Shown here piece by piece: positions 49,175-58,239 of a DNA stretch of 64,000 nt. Source of the stretch: Terriglobia bacterium (GTDB lineage: Bacteria; Acidobacteriota; Polarisedimenticolia; Polarisedimenticolales; JAIQFR01); assembly GCA_963748015.1 (NCBI GenBank), contig CAVVHE010000004.1, forward strand, positions 1,120,001 through 1,184,000, written 5' to 3'. The translations under genes and the position numbers were made by a program. Below the pieces are notes generated by a model. That model worked only from the letters and a program-made list of their open reading frames with translations, made no database searches and was not told the DNA's origin. The number at the start of each line of letters is the position of its first letter. The stretch's first letter is position 1.

Positions 49175-49499
49175 ATCACCCTCGATAAACTAGGTTATTC
49201 TTTGTTTAACCACATTGTCAACAGAAATTTCGCGAGTTCTCGGCGGCGAGGCTGGCGCCGGTCAGAGTGTCCGGCGCGTTGCGGGTGGGATCCGGTTGCC
49301 TCCGGTGAGACTGCGCGGCCGCACCGATTCCGGAGCCCGGCGAGAGCGCGTCACCACCCGAGCGGGGCCCGAAGCCGGAAGCGTCCGCAGACGGCCCTTT
49401 CTCGGGCCGGCGAGGGCAAGCAAGCATCCGACCGAAGGCGCGGCCGGCCGTGGGGGGACTAACGCGGGATGATCCGCGGACGACCCGGTCGGAGCGGGA

Positions 49500-51824
49500 T
49501 CAGCGGAGCAGGTCGAGGAGGCGCTTGGCGACGGTCTCGGGAGAGCCGACGGCGGCGTTGACGACGACGCAGCGGCTCACCGCGAACAGGCGCTCGTACT
49601 GGGCCTGCATCGCCTCGGCGCGCGCGGTGTCGGTGCCGGCGACGTGCGGGTTGAGAAACGGCGCCGCGGGACCGCGCCCGCCCGGGAGGTTCCCCTCGGC
49701 GAGACGACGCGCCGCGTCGCGCGGCGGCAGCTCCTGCACCGCGGGGAGAACCGCGTCCTTGACCAGGAGAACGCAGGTCGCAAGCGAAGTCCGGCGGACG
49801 TGCCCGTGCCCGGCGCCCAGCCACGCCGGGTCCAGGAGGAGCCTCCCCTTCCCCGAGGCCGCGACGCAGACCGCGGCGCCCCGGTCGAGGGGGCACTCGC
49901 CGTCGGGATGGTCCTCGTGGCACTGGTCCCGGCCGGTCGCCAGGTTCTCGAGCTTGGTGCGCTCGAGCAGCTTCTCGAGCTCGGGAAGGTACTTCATCCA
50001 CTTCGCCTTGAGATACAGCTTCCGCTCGGGCAGCTCCGCCACCGGCCCGTCGGGGGACGGGCGGACGAAGACGTCCTCGCTCGCCACGAGGCGGACCCCG
50101 TCCTGCCCCAGCGCGGCCGCGAGCACGGCCGTGCGGCCGGACCCCGGCTCGCCCCACACGAGCGCGCCGCGGCCGCCGCGGTCGAGCGCGGCGGCATGGG
50201 CGAGCAACGCTCCCGAGGTCCGGGCCGCGCCGTCCGCGGCCAGCGTCAGCGCCATCGATCGGAGCTGCCCGTAGTACGCGGTGTTGAGCAGGAATCCCGT
50301 CGCGGTCTCGAGGCTGACCGCCGCCTGCGTCTCGCGCCCCGGGACGTCCTTGACCGCGTAGACGACCGCGTGAGGCTCGAGGTCCCCGTCGAGCGACGCG
50401 GGGAAGAAGTTCTCCTGGTAGAAGTCCGCCAGGTGCGGCGAGTTCGACCGGAGCTGCACCACGATCCCCGCGATCGAGGCGTTCCACTCGAAGTAGGCGT
50501 CGGGCTTGAGGTGCGCCTCGGCCTCGGCGAGCGCGGCGTTCCGCGCGCCCACGACGGCGAGGGACTCCGCCGGAACGGCGCTCTTGACCTTCGTGACGAC
50601 GTTGTTGAGGGCGCGCGGGCGAAGGCGCTTCGGCTCGTCGAGGCGCGCCAGGGCGCGCGAGACCCGCTTCATCCCCTCCTCGATCCGGTCCATGGAAAGG
50701 GCGAAGGAGAACCGGATGTGCTCGTCGGAGCCGAACGCCTGTCCGGGAATCACGGCGACCTGCGCCTCTTTCAGCAAGTAGTACCCGAGGCCGTACGTGT
50801 TCCGGATCGGCGCGCCGCCGAACTCCTTGTCGAGGTAGCGGGCGACGTTGGGGAACGCGTAGAACGCCCCTTTCGGCTCGGGACACGAAACGCCGGGGAT
50901 CGCGCGAAGCCGGTAGACGATCGCGTTGCGCCGCCGCTCGAACTCCTGCTTCATCCGCTCCACTTCCATGGAGCAGCTCGAGAGCGCCACGATCGCCGCT
51001 TTCTGCACGAACGAGGTCGCGTTCGAGGTGTTGTGCGACTGGATCTTGGACAGCGCCTGGATCAGCTCGCGCGGGCCCGCCGCGTAGCCGAGCCTCCACC
51101 CGGTCATCGAGTAGGCCTTGGAGAAGCCGTTGATGACCAGGGTGCGCTTCTTGATCTTCTCGTTCAGCGACGCGATGGAGTGGAACCTCGCGCCGTCGTA
51201 GGTCAGCCGCTCGTAGATCTCGTCGGAGATCACCCAGATGTCTTCCTTGACGCAGACCTCGGCGATCGCCTCCAGGTCCTCGCGGGAGTAGGTGGCCCCG
51301 GTCGGATTGCACGGGTAATTGAGGATCAGCGCCTTGGTGTTGGGCGTGATGGCCGCGGCGAGGGTCTTCGCCCGGAGCCGGAACCCGTCCTCCTCGCGCG
51401 TCGGCAGGTACACGGGGTTGGCGCCGGCAAGGGTGACCTGATCCGGGTACGAGACCCAGTAGGGGGACGGGATCAACACGTCGTCCCCCGGCCCGTAGAG
51501 CGCCATCGCCGCGTGGAACAGGCAGACCTTCGCCCCGGGCGACACGATCACCTCGTCCGGCGAGTACTTGAGCCCGTTCTCGCGGAGGAGCTTCTCGCAG
51601 ATCGCCTTCTTGAGGTCCGGGATCCCGTCGTTGGCCGTGTACTTGGTGAAGTTGGCGTCGAGGGCCGCCTTCGCCGCGCGCTTGACCGGCTCGGGCGTGG
51701 GGAAGTCCGGCTCGCCGACCGAGAAGTCCACCACGTCGACGCCGGAGGCGCGCATCTGCCCCGCCTTGGCGCCGATCCTGAGGGTGGGGGACAGCGCGAT
51801 CCGGTTGACCCGATCGGAGAACAT
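49500..51824 (-). CDS. Class I PLP aminotransferase (AspC-like) fused to a C-terminal PEPCK/HPrK-like P-loop domain
   Basis: N-terminal ~395 aa: GEPDF, PYWVSY, NPTG, SDEIY, SKAYSMTGWRLG. C-terminal: NTAYYGQ, HAAALD, WGEPGSGRT, VASED. Confidence 0.85.
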   Translation of the reverse strand: MFSDRVNRIALSPTLRIGAKAGQMRASGVDVVDFSVGEPDFPTPEPVKRAAKAALDANFTKYTANDGIPDLKKAICEKLLRENGLKYSPDEVIVSPGAKVCLFHAAMALYGPGDDVLIPSPYWVSYPDQVTLAGANPVYLPTREEDGFRLRAKTLAAAITPNTKALILNYPCNPTGATYSREDLEAIAEVCVKEDIWVISDEIYERLTYDGARFHSIASLNEKIKKRTLVINGFSKAYSMTGWRLGYAAGPRELIQALSKIQSHNTSNATSFVQKAAIVALSSCSMEVERMKQEFERRRNAIVYRLRAIPGVSCPEPKGAFYAFPNVARYLDKEFGGAPIRNTYGLGYYLLKEAQVAVIPGQAFGSDEHIRFSFALSMDRIEEGMKRVSRALARLDEPKRLRPRALNNVVTKVKSAVPAESLAVVGARNAALAEAEAHLKPDAYFEWNASIAGIVVQLRSNSPHLADFYQENFFPASLDGDLEPHAVVYAVKDVPGRETQAAVSLETATGFLLNTAYYGQLRSMALTLAADGAARTSGALLAHAAALDRGGRGALVWGEPGSGRTAVLAAALGQDGVRLVASEDVFVRPSPDGPVAELPERKLYLKAKWMKYLPELEKLLERTKLENLATGRDQCHEDHPDGECPLDRGAAVCVAASGKGRLLLDPAWLGAGHGHVRRTSLATCVLLVKDAVLPAVQELPPRDAARRLAEGNLPGGRGPAAPFLNPHVAGTDTARAEAMQAQYERLFAVSRCVVVNAAVGSPETVAKRLLDLLR

Positions 51825-51835
51825 GGGCCCCCTCC

Positions 51836-53224
51836 CTACTTGCCGTCCTTCGCGTCGTCCTTCTTCTTACCCCGGGTCAGCAGGTCCTGGAGGTTCAGGC
51901 CGGTGAGGCTCTCCACGACGGTCGGCAGCTGCGCGAGCACCGAGGCGACCTGTCCCGTGATCTTCTGCGCGCCGTTCGCGTCGCCGACCATCACGATCTT
52001 GTCCACCTTGGAGAGGGGCTCGGAGACGGCGCGGGCGAGCTCCGGGAGGGACTTGATGATCATCTCGGTGAGCGCGGCGTCCGAGTAGTCCTTCCACGCC
52101 AGCGCCTTGGCCCGCATCGCCTCGGCCTCGGCCTTCCCGCGCGCGAGCGTCGCCTCGGCCTCGGAGTTTCCGATGGTGCGAATGCCCGCGGCCTTCCCCT
52201 TCGCCTCGAGCTCCTTCCGGTACGCCTCGGACTCCGCCTCCAGCCGGGCCTGGTAGTTCATCGCCTCGGCGGGGCGCTTCACGTTGGCCTCGAGCTCCTT
52301 CTCGCGGCGGACCGCCTCCCGCTCCTCGACCTTCGCGGCCAGCTCCTTCTCGGCGAGGCGGACCTCGTACTCCGAGCGCTTCAGCGCGAGGTCGAGCTTG
52401 GCCCGCTCCATGTCGTAGGCGACGTCCGCCTGCGCGCGTTTCGAGTTGACCGAGGCCTGGAAGTCGGCGCGCTGCATCTCGAAGTCGCGCGTCGCCTGGG
52501 CCAGCTCGGCCTCGGCCTTGAGGCGCGCCACGTCCCCTTCCTTGCGGGCCATGGCGGCGTTGATCGCCGAGTCCCGCTCGGTCTCGGCCTGGGCGATGGT
52601 CGCGTCGCGCTTGACCTCCGCGATCCGCCGGGCGCCGAGGGCCTGGATGTACCCCTGCGCGTCCGAGATGTCCTTGAGGGAGAACGACGCCAGCTCGAGA
52701 CCGAGCCGCGCGAAGTCGTCCGCCGACGCTTCCCGGACCTTCCGGGCGAACGCCTCGCGGTTCGAGTAGATCTCCTCGACCGACATCGTGCCCAGGGCGG
52801 CCCGCATGTGCCCCTCGAGCACTTCCTGCGACACCTCCACGATCCCGCTCGAGCCGCGGGAGAGGAAGTTCTCGATGGCGCGGTGGAGCGACGCCTCGCC
52901 GCTCGACGCCTTGACCTGCCCCTGCGCCTCCGCCGAGATCAGCACGCCCTGGCCGGAGAGCACCTCCGGGCAGCGGATCGCGAGCGAGAACACCTCGAGC
53001 GGGAACGAGTCCACCGTCTCGATGAACGGCATCACGAACGTCCCGCCGCCCACCTGGAGGCGGTAGCCGACCTTGCGCCGCGCGCCGTCCGCATCCACGA
53101 CGGTCGAGGTCCGCCCCGAGATCACGAGGGCCTGGTTCGGACCGACCTTGCGGTAGTTGACCGCCCACAGGACGAACAGCGCGACGACGACGACTGCGGC
53201 GATGACCCAGGGCAACCAGAACAT
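51836..53224 (-). CDS. Flotillin-family (SPFH) protein
   Basis: YRKVGPNQALVISG, GGGTFVMP, LEGHMRA.LG.MSVEEIY, GYIQALG, AEA repeats, EPLSKVDKIVMV. Confidence 0.92.
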   Translation of the reverse strand: MFWLPWVIAAVVVVALFVLWAVNYRKVGPNQALVISGRTSTVVDADGARRKVGYRLQVGGGTFVMPFIETVDSFPLEVFSLAIRCPEVLSGQGVLISAEAQGQVKASSGEASLHRAIENFLSRGSSGIVEVSQEVLEGHMRAALGTMSVEEIYSNREAFARKVREASADDFARLGLELASFSLKDISDAQGYIQALGARRIAEVKRDATIAQAETERDSAINAAMARKEGDVARLKAEAELAQATRDFEMQRADFQASVNSKRAQADVAYDMERAKLDLALKRSEYEVRLAEKELAAKVEEREAVRREKELEANVKRPAEAMNYQARLEAESEAYRKELEAKGKAAGIRTIGNSEAEATLARGKAEAEAMRAKALAWKDYSDAALTEMIIKSLPELARAVSEPLSKVDKIVMVGDANGAQKITGQVASVLAQLPTVVESLTGLNLQDLLTRGKKKDDAKDGK

Positions 53225-53410
53225 GACGTCCTCCTCCGATCCCGAAGGCGGGGCGCCACCTTACGCCATCTGAGGGGCCGGTTCAAGACCTCGAAACCCG
53301 ACTCCGGGGGTCCGAAATGGGCATGGAACGCCGCGCCTCGCGTCTTGCGCCGCTTCGACCGCCTCCGCTATGCTCCGCTCTCCGCGACGGCTCGCGGGGA
53401 GAGGTGGATC

Positions 53411-55294
53411 ATGGCCAGCGGACCCTACGATCCCGACGTCTACCGGCGGTTCGCCGAGAACCTGCGCGGGTGTCTGACCGGGTCCAACATCGAGCACCCC
53501 TCCATGTGGGCGCTCAGGCGCCGCGCGATGGCGAGCGCCCGGACGACGGCGAACGGCTCCCACGTCTGGTACTCCGCCATCTCCTCGCGCATGGCCGCGC
53601 GCACGGTGTACCTCGGCAGCGAGAAGGTCTGGCTCCCCCGCGCCACGCCGGTCCAGCTCGACATCGTGCAGAAGGCGCCGGAGCAGCTGCACAAGGTGCT
53701 GCAGCTCCTGCGAACGCTCCCGTTCGTGCACGTACGGCGGCAGATGGGAGACAACTCGGAGTTCAACCCGATCTGCAACCTCTACGTCTCCGTGTCGGAC
53801 CCGAAGAACTACCGCCTCGCGTACATGTGGGCCCGCACGATGAACGACGTGCGGAGCAGCCGCCCCGGCCCCGAGTTCATCATGGTGGACATCCCGGAGG
53901 AGCACCGCCTGCGGATGCAGGTGCTCGCCATCCCCGAGTACAACATCAACCTCGCCCTGGCGACCGACTACACCGGCGAGTGCAAGAAGGGGTTCCTGCG
54001 CCAGGCGATGTACCGCGCCGACGAGCGCGGCAACCTCGGGCTCCACGCGGGGACGAAGGTCGTGAGGGCGCGGGACCAGAGGACCGGCAAGCTGAAGACG
54101 TACGGCGTCTTCATGTTCGGCCTGACCGCGACCGGCAAGAGCACCTGGTCCTGCCACCAGCTCGGCCTCGACTCGGAGCACGGCGAGGGGACCTGGGTCG
54201 CGCAGGACGACATCGTGATGCTGAAGCGCGACGGCTCGGCGTTCGGCACCGAGCAAGGGTTCTACGTGAAGACCGACGTGGAGCCGACCCTGCAGGAAGC
54301 GATGTACCACGCGCTCGTCCACCGCTCGGCCCTCCTCGAGAACCTGATGGTGGACGGCAAGGGGAAGGTGGACTTCCTCGACGAGCGCCTCGGCGAGAAC
54401 GGGCGCGGCGTGCTCGACCGGCGGCAGCTCAAGGTGCGGCGCGGCGGGAGCCTGAAGTCCATCTGCGCCGACTCGATCGATCTCCCGCCGCTCGACCAGC
54501 TCGACGGCGTGGTGTTCGCCTTCATCACGCGGCGCAACACGGTCTACCCGTTCGCCCACCGCCTCACCCCCGAACAGGGGGTGCTGGCCTACCTCTGGGG
54601 CGAGTCGAGCCACTCGTTCGCGACGGTCCCCGAGAAGGCGGGCGAGAGCGTTCGGATCGTCGGCATGGACGATTTCATCATCGGGAACCAGGGACGCAAG
54701 GTGAACGCGTTCCACGACATCGTGATGGACCTCGCCGCGCGCTTCCCGGGGAAGGTCCACTTCTTCCAGTACAACACCGGCGGGGTCGGCGAGATCATCG
54801 AGGTGGACAAGGGAAGCGGCGCCCGGAAGCTGGTCCGCAAGGCGACGCGGGTCCCCATCGAGGTGATGGCGGCGCTCCAGCGCGGCGACCTGCGCGGCAC
54901 GAACGAGTACCGGAAGGGCGCCCTCTCGATGGACGAGGTCGTCCGCTTCGACGGCGGCGACCTCTCGGCCTACGACCCGTCGAACTTCTATTCCAAGGAG
55001 CAGATCGCCGGGTACCTGGCCGAGCTGGTCGAGGGCCGCCGGAAGCACACCGAGGAGATCGCCGCACAGGGATTGCGGAAGGACATCCGCGACCTCGCCC
55101 ACCGAGAGCTGGACCAGATCGAGGCGATCGCCGGGAAGCGGAAGGCGGAGGCGTGGGCGCCCTCGGATCCGGCGGAGGATCACGATGCCGCCGAGGACCG
55201 GGCGCCGCTCTCGCGCTGGATCACCTCGTGGGAGCCCAAGCGCCCCGGCCGGGAGTCCCGCTTCGGCTCGCCCCGCGGACGCTCCGCCTGGTAG
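53411..55294 (+). CDS. Phosphoenolpyruvate carboxykinase (ATP)-family protein, divergent
   Basis: TDYTGECKKG, LHAG, FGLTATGKST, QDD, GTEQGFYVKT, LLEN, ENGRG, YNTG. Confidence 0.82.
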   Translation: MASGPYDPDVYRRFAENLRGCLTGSNIEHPSMWALRRRAMASARTTANGSHVWYSAISSRMAARTVYLGSEKVWLPRATPVQLDIVQKAPEQLHKVLQLLRTLPFVHVRRQMGDNSEFNPICNLYVSVSDPKNYRLAYMWARTMNDVRSSRPGPEFIMVDIPEEHRLRMQVLAIPEYNINLALATDYTGECKKGFLRQAMYRADERGNLGLHAGTKVVRARDQRTGKLKTYGVFMFGLTATGKSTWSCHQLGLDSEHGEGTWVAQDDIVMLKRDGSAFGTEQGFYVKTDVEPTLQEAMYHALVHRSALLENLMVDGKGKVDFLDERLGENGRGVLDRRQLKVRRGGSLKSICADSIDLPPLDQLDGVVFAFITRRNTVYPFAHRLTPEQGVLAYLWGESSHSFATVPEKAGESVRIVGMDDFIIGNQGRKVNAFHDIVMDLAARFPGKVHFFQYNTGGVGEIIEVDKGSGARKLVRKATRVPIEVMAALQRGDLRGTNEYRKGALSMDEVVRFDGGDLSAYDPSNFYSKEQIAGYLAELVEGRRKHTEEIAAQGLRKDIRDLAHRELDQIEAIAGKRKAEAWAPSDPAEDHDAAEDRAPLSRWITSWEPKRPGRESRFGSPRGRSAW

Positions 55295-55303
55295 GCCGGG
55301 TCC

Positions 55304-55479
55304 ACCCCGACTCGGAATCCTGCGTCCGGGTTCGCCCTCGCGGCACGCGGCGGCGTTGCGCGGCGACAGTCGCCGCGCCGCCTAGCTCCGGTTTTCGCGC
55401 GGCCGTCCAGGGAAGAGACGGCCGCGCGAAAACAGGGCCGCTTCGGGTCGAACCCGGACGCAGGATTCCGAGTCGGGGT
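55304..55479. repeat. MITE/REP-like element with a perfect 31-bp terminal inverted repeat and internal hairpins
   Basis: 55304-55334 ACCCCGACTCGGAATCCTGCGTCCGGGTTCG is the reverse complement of 55449-55479. Internal IRs at 55358-55378 and 55391-55407/55417-55433. Confidence 0.75.
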
Positions 55480-56123
55480 TAGCCCATCCCCGCCTTCTGG
55501 GCGGTGATCTCGCGCATCTGCGTGCGCTGGAGTTGGATCCCCTGGATCGCGAAGCCCTTGAGCGCGAGCTCGATGTCGCGCGTCGGGTGGACGTAGCGGG
55601 GGTGACGCGCCGTCTCGACGACCTGCCGCACGATCAGGTCGTCCGCGAGGAGCAGGTAGCGAGACACGCGGTCGTCGGCGGGATCGGGGCGCGAGTGCGA
55701 GAAGAAGAAGAGGCTTCCGCCGTCCTTCATGACGCGGCGCAGCTCTCCTCCGTACTCCGCGAGGCGGTCGGGCGGGACGAAGTCCGCGATCTCCCAGGCC
55801 AGCACCAGGTGAAAGAGCCCGGCGGGCTGGTCGAGACGGAACGGCGCGACGTCGACGGGCGGCTCGCCCGGACGCCGCGGGGGAATCGGCGGAGGAAGCT
55901 CGAAATCCTCGACGTGGACGCGCGCGCCGCGGCTCGCGAGGTAGACGACGGAATCCCCGTTGAGGGGACCGAGGACCAGGATCTCGGGCTTCCCTTCCCG
56001 GAGCGCGCGCGCGAGGACGCGCGCCAGGGCGCCGCACGGACGCCCGCCCAGGGCGGACCCCTGCGCCGCCGCTCCGGCGGTCGCCGGGGCGGCGGACTCT
56101 CTCTCCCGCGGCTTGAGGGACAC
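55479..56123 (-). CDS. SAM-dependent methyltransferase-like protein
   Basis: Degenerate motif I (ILVLGP), FHLVLAWEIADFV, LRRVMKDGG. Immediately downstream of bactofilin. Confidence 0.6.
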   Translation of the reverse strand: MSLKPRERESAAPATAGAAAQGSALGGRPCGALARVLARALREGKPEILVLGPLNGDSVVYLASRGARVHVEDFELPPPIPPRRPGEPPVDVAPFRLDQPAGLFHLVLAWEIADFVPPDRLAEYGGELRRVMKDGGSLFFFSHSRPDPADDRVSRYLLLADDLIVRQVVETARHPRYVHPTRDIELALKGFAIQGIQLQRTQMREITAQKAGMG

Positions 56124-56147
56124 CGGCAGACCCGCTCGAGGCCGGCT

Positions 56148-56609
56148 CTAGGCGGCGCCGCCCGGGGTGCCGGGCTTCGGCGGAACGGGCGCTCCCGGCT
56201 TCCTGTCCATGTCGATGCTCCCCTTGAACCGCGCGCCGTCCGCGAGCGCCACCCTCGGCGCGACGATGTCGCCCTTCATCGAGCCGGTCGCGGCCACCTC
56301 GACCTTGTCGTCGGCGGTGATGTTCCCCACGATCTCGCCGATCACCATCACGGTCTTCGCCTGGATCTCGGCGGTGATCTTGCCGTTCGCCCCGATGGTG
56401 AGATTGTGGTCCTTGAGGACGATCTTGCCTTCCACCTTCCCTTCGATCGTGAGGTCCTCGTTCCCGGTGAGCTCACCCTTGATCTGAATCGACTGGCCGA
56501 TGTTCACGAGCTTCTCCATCGCGCTCTCCCGTGTCGCCGGGCCGGCCTCCTGGGGCGCCGGGCCTCGATCCGGCTCGGATTTCTGCCGATTCCACACCTT
56601 GCCGTCCAA
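56148..56609 (-). CDS. Bactofilin (polymer-forming cytoskeletal protein)
   Basis: IGQSIQIKGEL...DLTIEGKVEGKI...LTIGANG...GDI.APRV...GARFKGSIDM. Confidence 0.93.
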   Translation of the reverse strand: MDGKVWNRQKSEPDRGPAPQEAGPATRESAMEKLVNIGQSIQIKGELTGNEDLTIEGKVEGKIVLKDHNLTIGANGKITAEIQAKTVMVIGEIVGNITADDKVEVAATGSMKGDIVAPRVALADGARFKGSIDMDRKPGAPVPPKPGTPGGAA

Positions 56610-56693
56610 TCTCTCTCCTCGAACCCGCCGCGTCTTTGAGGCGGAAAACGGAACGGCGGATTATACTCCGATCCTGCCGTGTACGCCGTTGCC

Positions 56694-58226
56694 ATGGCGC
56701 CGCGCGGCCGTGACGAAGGAGCGCCGTTGGACCCCCACCCGCCGGTCGCCCCGCCGCGTTTGCGGCGCCTCGCGGGGCTGCTCGCGATCGCCGCGGCCGC
56801 GCTCTGCGGCGTGCTCTCCGCGCGCGCCGCCAAGAACCCCGCGCTCAAGGACTGGGACCAGGGCCCCGCGCGCTACATCATGAACGACGCGGAGGTCCGC
56901 GCCTGGAAGGAGCTGAAGGACGACGCTTCCCGGGGGATCTTCGTCGAGCGTTTCTGGGCGAAGCGCGACCCGACGCCCAACACCCTGGCCAACGAGTACC
57001 GGCAGCTCTTCTGGCAGCGGGTCCAGGAAGCGAACCAGAAGTTCCTGGACAGCTCGCGGCCCGGATGGATGACCGACCGCGGGAAGATCCACGTCCTCTA
57101 CGGGCCGCCGAACACGATCGAGGAGGACTCGAACGCCCAGACCGAGGGGCTCACCGCGACCGCGACGCGCGGTCTCATCCGCTGGTTGTACGAGGGGCGC
57201 CCGCATCCCGACAAGCAGCTCGACGCGATCGTCGTGGTCCCCTTCGTCCGCGACGTGTCGGGCGAGTACAAGCTCTCGCACGACCCCCGTCTCGCGAGCG
57301 TGTTCTTCGACTGGGCCGGTCTCAAGGACAAGGAGTCCGCGTTCTGGGATCCGTGGTTCAGCACTCACGCCGTTCCCGGCGGCAAGACCGACCTCGGGGT
57401 GATGCTCGACCAGGGAACGCTGCAGGCGATCCCGTCGCAGGAGGAGTTCCTCATCGAACGGGTCGAGACGTACGAGACCTACGCGTCGCATCCGGTCTCC
57501 GTCGAGATCCACCGCTTCCAGCCGCAGGGCTTCGAGGGGAAGTCGCTCGTCACGGTGACGGTCGCGATCCCCGAGAAGGAATACAACGCCGTCCCCGCGA
57601 TCATGGCGAGGTTCACCTCGACCGACGCAGCCCGGCCGCAGCGCATCATCGGCGAAGGGTCGTTCCGGGTCGAGGGCGCGGGGCAGGAGCGGATCTCCCA
57701 GGGACGCCTGTTCCTCGAGCCCGGCATCTGGACCGTGACGATCCTCGTCGCGGATCCCGAGGGGAAGAGCAACGGCATCCAGCACCTCAAGGTCGACGTG
57801 CCGTCCCAGGGAGGGGGCCTGCGCCTGAGCGACACGGTCCTCGCGCGAACCCTCGAGCCGGTCGCGTACGCCTCGCTGGCGTCCTACGAGGAGCCTTTCT
57901 TCGTCGGGTCGTTCCGCGTGGTGCCGCTGGCGGGACGGCCCCTCCGTCGCGGCGACGAGCTCAACCTGTTCTACGAGATCTACGGCGGCCGCGCCCCGTA
58001 CCGGATCGTCTACCGGATCGAGGGGAAGGAGGACGACGGCCGGTTCACGCCGCTGGGGAAGCCCGTCGCCCTGGATCGTGCGGAGGGAGCGCAGGGCTGG
58101 TCGCTGCCGACGAGCGATCGGTGGCCCGTGGGCGATTACCGGATCCGCATCGAGCTGGCCGACGCCGCGGGCGGCTCGATCACCAGGGTGGTCCCGTTCA
58201 CGCTGGCGCCCCGCGAACCGTCCTGA
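56694..58226 (+). CDS. GWxTD-domain protein
   Basis: W..GP.RYIM...E, FWAKRDP.P.T..NEY, PGWMTDRGKIHVLYGPP; C-terminal Ig-like region. Confidence 0.9.
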   Translation: MAPRGRDEGAPLDPHPPVAPPRLRRLAGLLAIAAAALCGVLSARAAKNPALKDWDQGPARYIMNDAEVRAWKELKDDASRGIFVERFWAKRDPTPNTLANEYRQLFWQRVQEANQKFLDSSRPGWMTDRGKIHVLYGPPNTIEEDSNAQTEGLTATATRGLIRWLYEGRPHPDKQLDAIVVVPFVRDVSGEYKLSHDPRLASVFFDWAGLKDKESAFWDPWFSTHAVPGGKTDLGVMLDQGTLQAIPSQEEFLIERVETYETYASHPVSVEIHRFQPQGFEGKSLVTVTVAIPEKEYNAVPAIMARFTSTDAARPQRIIGEGSFRVEGAGQERISQGRLFLEPGIWTVTILVADPEGKSNGIQHLKVDVPSQGGGLRLSDTVLARTLEPVAYASLASYEEPFFVGSFRVVPLAGRPLRRGDELNLFYEIYGGRAPYRIVYRIEGKEDDGRFTPLGKPVALDRAEGAQGWSLPTSDRWPVGDYRIRIELADAAGGSITRVVPFTLAPREPS

Positions 58227-58239
58227 GCCGGCGGCGCGC

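Noticed and set aside
49364..49380. Sequence resembling the tRNA-Leu 3' end (possible attR)
   Set aside because: Inverted orientation, short and mismatched; no integrase.
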